NCBI GenBank assembly: GCA_964016885.1
Contig: OZ024748.1
Span: forward strand, 21,638,001-21,702,000
Direction: 5' to 3'
Origin: Eledone cirrhosa
Taxonomy: Eukaryota
DNA length: 64,000 bases
Shown: one piece after another, positions 58,125-64,000 of the stretch
How the letters are laid out: the number at the start of each line of letters is the position of its first letter
Position numbering within the stretch: the stretch's first letter is position 1
The notes under the pieces: generated by a model
Seen by the model: the letters and a program-made list of their open reading frames with translations, nothing else
What the model was told of the DNA's origin: nothing
The model's database searches: none
Translations under genes and position numbers: made by a program

Positions 58125-58480
58125 TGGCTTAGTATTTAACTGTGTTCAGCTAACAATACTAAGGTCGTGAGTTCAATTCCTAGCAGTGCATTGTGTCCTT
58201 GAGAAAGACACTTTTTTACACATTGCTACAGTTCACTCAGTTGGCAAAACTGAGTTATACCTGTAATTCAGAGTCAACCTTCTCACATACTGTGTCATGC
58301 TAAATCTCCCTGAGAACTACGTTAAGGAGACATGTGCCTGTGGAATGCTCAGCCACTTAGAACTACGTTAAGGGGACACGTGTCTATGGAATGCTCAGCC
58401 ACCTATATGTTAATTTCACAAAGAGCTTCTGTTGTTCAAACAACTAGAACACTCGTAGTTGGAACCAATGGAAGTACAAC
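58125..58480 (+). mobile_element. tRNA-derived CORE-type SINE with internal ~43-bp duplication
   Basis: tggcttagt A-box, gagttcaattcc B-box, tgtgtccttgagaaagacactt core; ends approximate. Confidence 0.7.
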
Positions 58481-59044
58481 AATAACTACAATAACTCCAG
58501 TGATTATGTTTTTGAAAAAACCCAACAGACTGTGATGAAGGGCAGTTTAGATGGGAGAAGGGTGTTAAGAGTCTTGCTTTAGAAGGAAGTTAAATCTGTA
58601 TGTGTTTGAAACACAGTTTCATGGTTTATCTTATACTTAACATGACTAGCTACAACAGGAATTTAAAATAGGGAGGTTAGGCTTGCCTTGGCAGCACCAC
58701 CATGGTTTATACCTTGGTTATTTGTGTTAAATGTTGTGTCAGTAATTAATCCTTGGGTATATAGTTTTTGTTCCCTTCACAAATATAATCAGCATCATCA
58801 TCATCATCATCACAGTTTAACATCTATTTTCCATGCTTGCATGGGTTAGACAAGCAGGTTGTCACGTATTGAGGCTAGACTGCTCAAGTGATCATATGTT
58901 ACTTGTATAGTTCGTTTTTGGCTTGGCTTCTGTGGCTGGATACTCTACCTAACATCACCCACAATACAGTGTGTACTTGGAACATTCTATCATGTCTCTG
59001 GCACAACCATCTTATAAAGTAGACTGGATACTTTTGGTCTTTAA

Positions 59045-59252
59045 CCCTTTAGCATTTACATTACTCTATATTTACTATTGTATTTTCATGTTAAAGCTTT
59101 ACCTCTCATAATATCAAGTCTTCGAGATTTTGATGATGTTATTGTTTATTTTAAGAACGATATCTTAATGTTGATATGAGCTGCTGGTTACGGCCAATTT
59201 CAAAAAGGGGAAAGAATTCTGGCTGGATACAGTCAGTTTAAATGCTAAAGGG
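59045..59252. mobile_element. piggyBac-type MITE family A (orientation B)
   Basis: Perfect TTAA TSD and 14-bp TIRs. Confidence 0.87.
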
Positions 59253-59472
59253 TTAATCTAGAAGAAAGGGGTACTTTAGATAATGAAATGTCTCATAGGG
59301 TAGGATCAGTGAAAATCTAAAAGAAAGGGTACTTTAGATAATGGAATACAATAAATTCTATGTAACACTTCAAAGGCTTTCAAATGTTGTGTTATATGCC
59401 AGGCCATCTTGAATTTATGTAAAATATTTGAATTTTCAAAAAAGGGTTGTTGGGTATGTTTCTACAGTTTAA

Positions 59473-59684
59473 GCCTTTATTATTTATATTACTCTATATT
59501 TACTATTGTATTTTGGTGGTAAAGGCTTTATCTTACATAATTATCTTACATAATATCGAGATTTTGATATTATTTATTTTGAGAACCATACCTTAACATC
59601 AGTATGAGCAGCCGGTTTCAGCTGGTTTGAACAGAAAGAGATGAGAGAATCCTGGCCGGCTATGGCCGATGTAATTCTAAAGAG
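59473..59684. mobile_element. piggyBac-type MITE family A (orientation B)
   Basis: Degenerate TIRs, TTAA flanks. Confidence 0.75.
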
Positions 59685-59840
59685 TTAAAGAACTCTGTTC
59701 TGACTCCCCTATTACACTTCCCAAGGTATACATTGCGTGGTTTTACAGGGGCAGGGGTGATAAGAGGAGAGGCAAATACATTGGGTGAGCTTAAAGTCAA
59801 GAACATTGCCACTCTTCCTCTTCATCCCATGTTACTATGC

Positions 59841-61632
59841 TTACATGGGTTGAACAAATCTTCTCTAACACCACTTTCTACTACATGGGTTGAACAAGTC
59901 TTCTCTAGCACCACTTTCTACTACATGTGTTGAACAAGTCTTCTCTAACACCACTTTCTACTACATGTGTTGAACAAGTCTTCTCTAGCACCACTTTCTA
60001 CTACATGGGTTGAACAAGTCTTCTCTAACACCACTTTCTACTACATGGGTTGAACAAGTCTTCTCTAGCACCACTTTCTACTACATGTGTTGAACAAGTC
60101 TTCTCTAGCACCACTTTCTACTACATGGGTTGAACAAGTCTTCTCTAGCACCACTTTCTACTACATGTGTTGAACAAGTCTTCTCTAGCACCACTTTCTA
60201 CTACATGTGTTGAACAAGTCTTCTCTAGCACCACTTTCTACTACATGTGTTGAACAAGTCTTCTCTAACACCACTTTCTACTACATGGGTTGAACAAGTC
60301 TTCTCTAGCACCACTTTCTACTACATGTGTTGAACAAATCTCTAACACCACTTTCTGCTACATGGGTTGAACAAGTCTTCTCTAACACCACTTTCTACTA
60401 CATGTGTTGAACAAATCTCTAACACCACTTTCTGCTACATGGGTTGAACAAGTCTTCTCTAGCACCACTTTCTACTACATGTGTTGAACAAATCTCTAAC
60501 ACCACTTTCTGCTACATGGGTTGAACAAGTCTTCTCTAACACCACTTTCTACTACATGTGTTGAACAAGTCTTCTCTAACACCACTTTCTACTACATGGG
60601 TTGAACAAATCTTCTCTAACACCACTTTCTACTACATGTGTTGAACAGGTCTTCTCTAACACCACTTTCTGCTACATGGGTTGAACAGGTCTTCTCTAAC
60701 ACCACTTTCTGCTACATGGGTTGAACAGGTCTTCTCTAACACCACTTTCTACTACATGTGTTGAACAGGTCTTCTCTAGCACCACTTTCTGCTACATGGG
60801 TTGAACAGGTCTTCTCTAACACCACTTTCTACTACATGGGTTGAACAGGTCTTCTCTAACACCACTTTCTACTACATGTGTTGAACAGGTCTACTCTAAC
60901 ACCACTTTCTGCTACATGGATTGAACAGGTCTTCTCTAACACCACTTTCTACTACATGGGTTGAACAGGTCTACTCTAACACCACTTTCTGCTACATGGG
61001 TTGAACAGGTCTTCTCTAACACCACTTTCTGCTACATGGGTTGAACAGGTCTTCTCTAACACCACTTTCTACTACATGTGTTGAACAGGTCTACTCTAAC
61101 ACCACTTTCTACTACATGGGTTGAACAAGTCTTCTCTAGCACCACTTTCTACTACATGGGTTGAACAGGTCTTCTCTAACACCACTTTCTGCTACATGGG
61201 TTGAACAGGTCTTCTCTAGCACCATTTTCTACTACATGGGTTGAACAAGTCTTCTCTAACACCACTTTCTGCTACATGGGTTGAACAGGTCTTCTCTAAC
61301 ACCACTTTCTGCTACATGGGTTGAACAGGTCTTCTCTAACACCACTTTCTGCTACATGGGTTGAACAGGTCTTCTCTAACACCACTTTCTGCTACATGGG
61401 TTGAACAGGTCTTCTCTAACACCACTTTCTGCTACATGGGTTGAACAGGTATTCTCTAACACCACTTTCTGCTACATGGGTTGAACAGGCCTTCTCTAAC
61501 ACCACTTTCTGCTACATGGGTTGAACAGGTCTTCTCTAACACCACTTTCTGCTACATGGGTTGAACAGGTCTTCTCTAACACCACTTTCTGCTACATGGG
61601 TTGAACAGGTCTTCTCTAACACCATTTTCTGC
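59841..61632. repeat. 40-bp minisatellite, about 45 copies
   Basis: ctacatgggttgaacaagtcttctctaacaccactttcta units, a few 37-bp variants. Confidence 0.96.
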
Positions 61633-62043
61633 TTGTCATGTTCCTTCATCATCTACTCTGTCAGTTTCTGCCCAGGTCTCCCTTTAGCTTCTTCTACCAC
61701 CTGTTGTCTTCTTTAGTCATCTCCTCTGTTAAGTTCAGCATCTTCAGCATCCTAAGATCAGCTTTTACCTCTTCTCTTGAGGTATTCCATCTTCTGTCTT
61801 CCTCATCTGCAGCTAACTTCTATACTTGGGGCTCTTCCCGCCCAATGTTCACCATCCATATGCATCACATGTTGATACTAGTTCTATCTATTCTCTCTCT
61901 CTCTCTCTCTCTCTCTTACACACTGCATGTTTCCACTTATACTCAGTATTTTTCCTTCAACATGTCTCTATTTTGTCGTTTATACATACTAACATTATAC
62001 ATCCAGTGATGATATTTTAAACAATGTATGTTTTCTTTTTTAG

Positions 62044-62156
62044 AGTATTACTAAGAGAAAAATGCTAATGAGATTGCATGTTATGGATAAGGATTGCCAA
62101 CACAATTATCTTCCAAATGACGTTGATATGCCACTCTATATGCCTGTTATAGATAA
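62044..62156 (+). CDS. USP31: USP31/USP43-like coding exon 5
   Basis: ttttag|SITKRKMLMRLHVMDKDCQHNYLPNDVDMPLYMPVID(K)|GTAAGT; 113 nt, phase 0-2; absent from the ORF track. Confidence 0.8.
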
Positions 62157-63379
62157 GTAAGTTTTAATTCTACAGCTTTCAATTTTTGCTTTCTTGCCAA
62201 AATGTAGTAATATATTACATTTTAGGTGGTAAGTTGGCAGAGTCATTGAGGCGTTGGATAGAATGCTTTGCAGTATTTTTTTACACTCTCTCTCTCGGCT
62301 GCTTTTGCTGTTTATTCTTTTGGGGTCAATAAATAAAGTTCCTGTCCAATACTGACGTCAACTCTTCTTCATTCTCTCTCTTCTTTCTCTCCATTTTCTA
62401 CTCTCTCTCCTCTCTTTCTCTCCCTGCCTATCACTGCAAGAAATCAACTGAGATTAAACATGGTGAGGGATGAGTGCCATCAGGTTTAAGATGCCCAAGA
62501 CATTTTAATAATGGTGCCCCTACAACTCCATTAGGAGTTAAGGGATCAATGAGTGAGTCTTTAATTAATTTATGTTAACTATTTCTATATTTTCAGAAAT
62601 GCTAGAGACTCACAAGAAATACCCTTTGGTATTGATTCTATTTCTTTGCATTCGGAATTCAAAACTTTCATCCTTTTGAGGTTGATAAAGAACCAATCAA
62701 GTGGCAGGAATGATTCTCTCTCTTTCTTTCTATCTATCTCTCTCTCTATATATATATATAGGGAGAGAGAGAAGTAGATACATCAGGATTTTACCAGTTT
62801 AAAACTAGTTAGTTCATTATTCAGCAGAATACTCAATACTTGGGATAATAGAGTATAAAAATATTAGAAAGTCAGGGCCCGACAGCTTGCCATTTTGACA
62901 GCAAATTCTAGAATTTGTTGATGAAACAAATATATATATATATCAGGGTTCTGTGATAAAATATATTTAAGGACATCTGGGCTAAAGTGTTATAATGAAA
63001 GATTGAAGGATAGGTGGAAAATAAGAACTATTTGAGGTTATTGGTCACTTTATATTGCAATGTGGAAATGAAAACATAATAGGTAGGGTTTGTTTTTGTT
63101 TTTTATCTAGAGTGCTGCAGATAGTTTTAGGCGGTGGGGTCTATTGTTGCTGGTGTCAGTTATCCATTTAACTATCTCTAATGAATCAGTGCACATTTTA
63201 TTGGCAATAGTGAGCAAAGACCTAGTGAAGGTCTAACCAGTTAGTTGACATGAATTACAAGAGGGCTGAGGGTTATAGGTTTTTTTTATACAGTATGTGA
63301 AGATCTAGCCAGTTAGTTAGAGGGCTGAAAGTTACAGGTTTTTTTATACAGCAGGAATATGTGAGAAAGGTTGCCATAA

Positions 63380-63598
63380 TCCTTTAGCATTTAAACTGGC
63401 CATATCCAGCCAGAATTCTCTCACCACTTTCTGTTCAAACCAGCTGTAACCAGCCACTCATACTAATGTTAAGGTATTGTTCTCAAAATAAATAATATCA
63501 AAATCTCATAGATTTGATATTATGAGATAATTATGTGAGATAAAGCATTTAACACGAAAATATAACAGTAAATATAGAGTAATGTAAATGCTAAAGGG
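63380..63598. mobile_element. piggyBac-type MITE family A (orientation A)
   Basis: TIRs and right TTAA. Confidence 0.83.
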
Positions 63599-63790
63599 TT
63601 AATCAATAAGTGATCAAACTGATGGATCAAGAAGTGAAGCCAGCAAATGGTTAAAAAAACAAAACAATTTCCACCCCAGAAAATAAATATGCTTTATAGC
63701 AATTAACCTGTGTCTGGGGATATTTTTATTGATGATGATGATGATTTAATGTTGTTTTAAATTTATTTTATTTTATTTTGTGTTTTTTAG

Positions 63791-63871
63791 GGTTCTGGGT
63801 GTTCAAGATAGAAACTTTGAACAGTTACCTTTAAGAATACTTGTGGAATGGGATTCTTATTTATGGGAAAT
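63791..63871 (+). CDS. USP31: USP31/USP43-like coding exon 6 (gene continues beyond the window)
   Basis: ttttag|(K)VLGVQDRNFEQLPLRILVEWDSYLWE|GTAAGT; resembles the recalled USP31 HVKLVVEWD motif; 81 nt, phase 2-2. Confidence 0.8.
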
Positions 63872-63899
63872 GTAAGTCATTTTAATTAAGGATTATTAA

Positions 63900-64000
63900 C
63901 CCTTTAGCATTTAAACCGGCCATATCTGGCCAGAATTCTCTCATCCCGTTCTGTTCAAACCTGCTGTAACTCAAAATAAATAATATCAAAATCTCATAGA
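63900..64000. mobile_element. piggyBac-type MITE family A (orientation A), cut by the window end
   Basis: TTAA|CCCTTTAGCATTTAAACCGGCC. Confidence 0.8.

Noticed and set aside
59841-61632. CRISPR-like appearance of the 40-, 48- and 74-bp arrays
   Set aside because: No unique spacers, no cas genes, eukaryotic intron context

Overview
AT-rich, microsatellite-rich eukaryotic DNA; the repeat families suggest an octopus or other cephalopod (inference). It holds the first six coding exons of a + strand USP31/USP43-like deubiquitinase (20006-63871, continuing past the window). The introns contain a ~17 kb 20/22-bp satellite, 40/48/74-bp minisatellites, LINE fragments (RTE, CR1, Tx1/L1, CRE-like), tRNA-derived SINEs and piggyBac-type MITEs. 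The most notable region is upstream of the gene (about 3.8-19 kb), a patchwork of short inserts bounded by (TA)n tracts, many with inverted arms. By manual folding I find nine complete type I hammerhead ribozyme motifs from seven different sequence families there, plus remnants. Three of them sit in a near-identical, non-coding 558-bp tandem/inverted element (13187-14538) that looks like a recent retrozyme or Penelope pseudo-LTR insertion. One lies downstream of a Penelope-like endonuclease C-terminus. Six of the seven families have a non-Watson-Crick pair at the base of helix II, and three have much enlarged helix II domains. All folds and family calls were made by eye and need computational and experimental confirmation.
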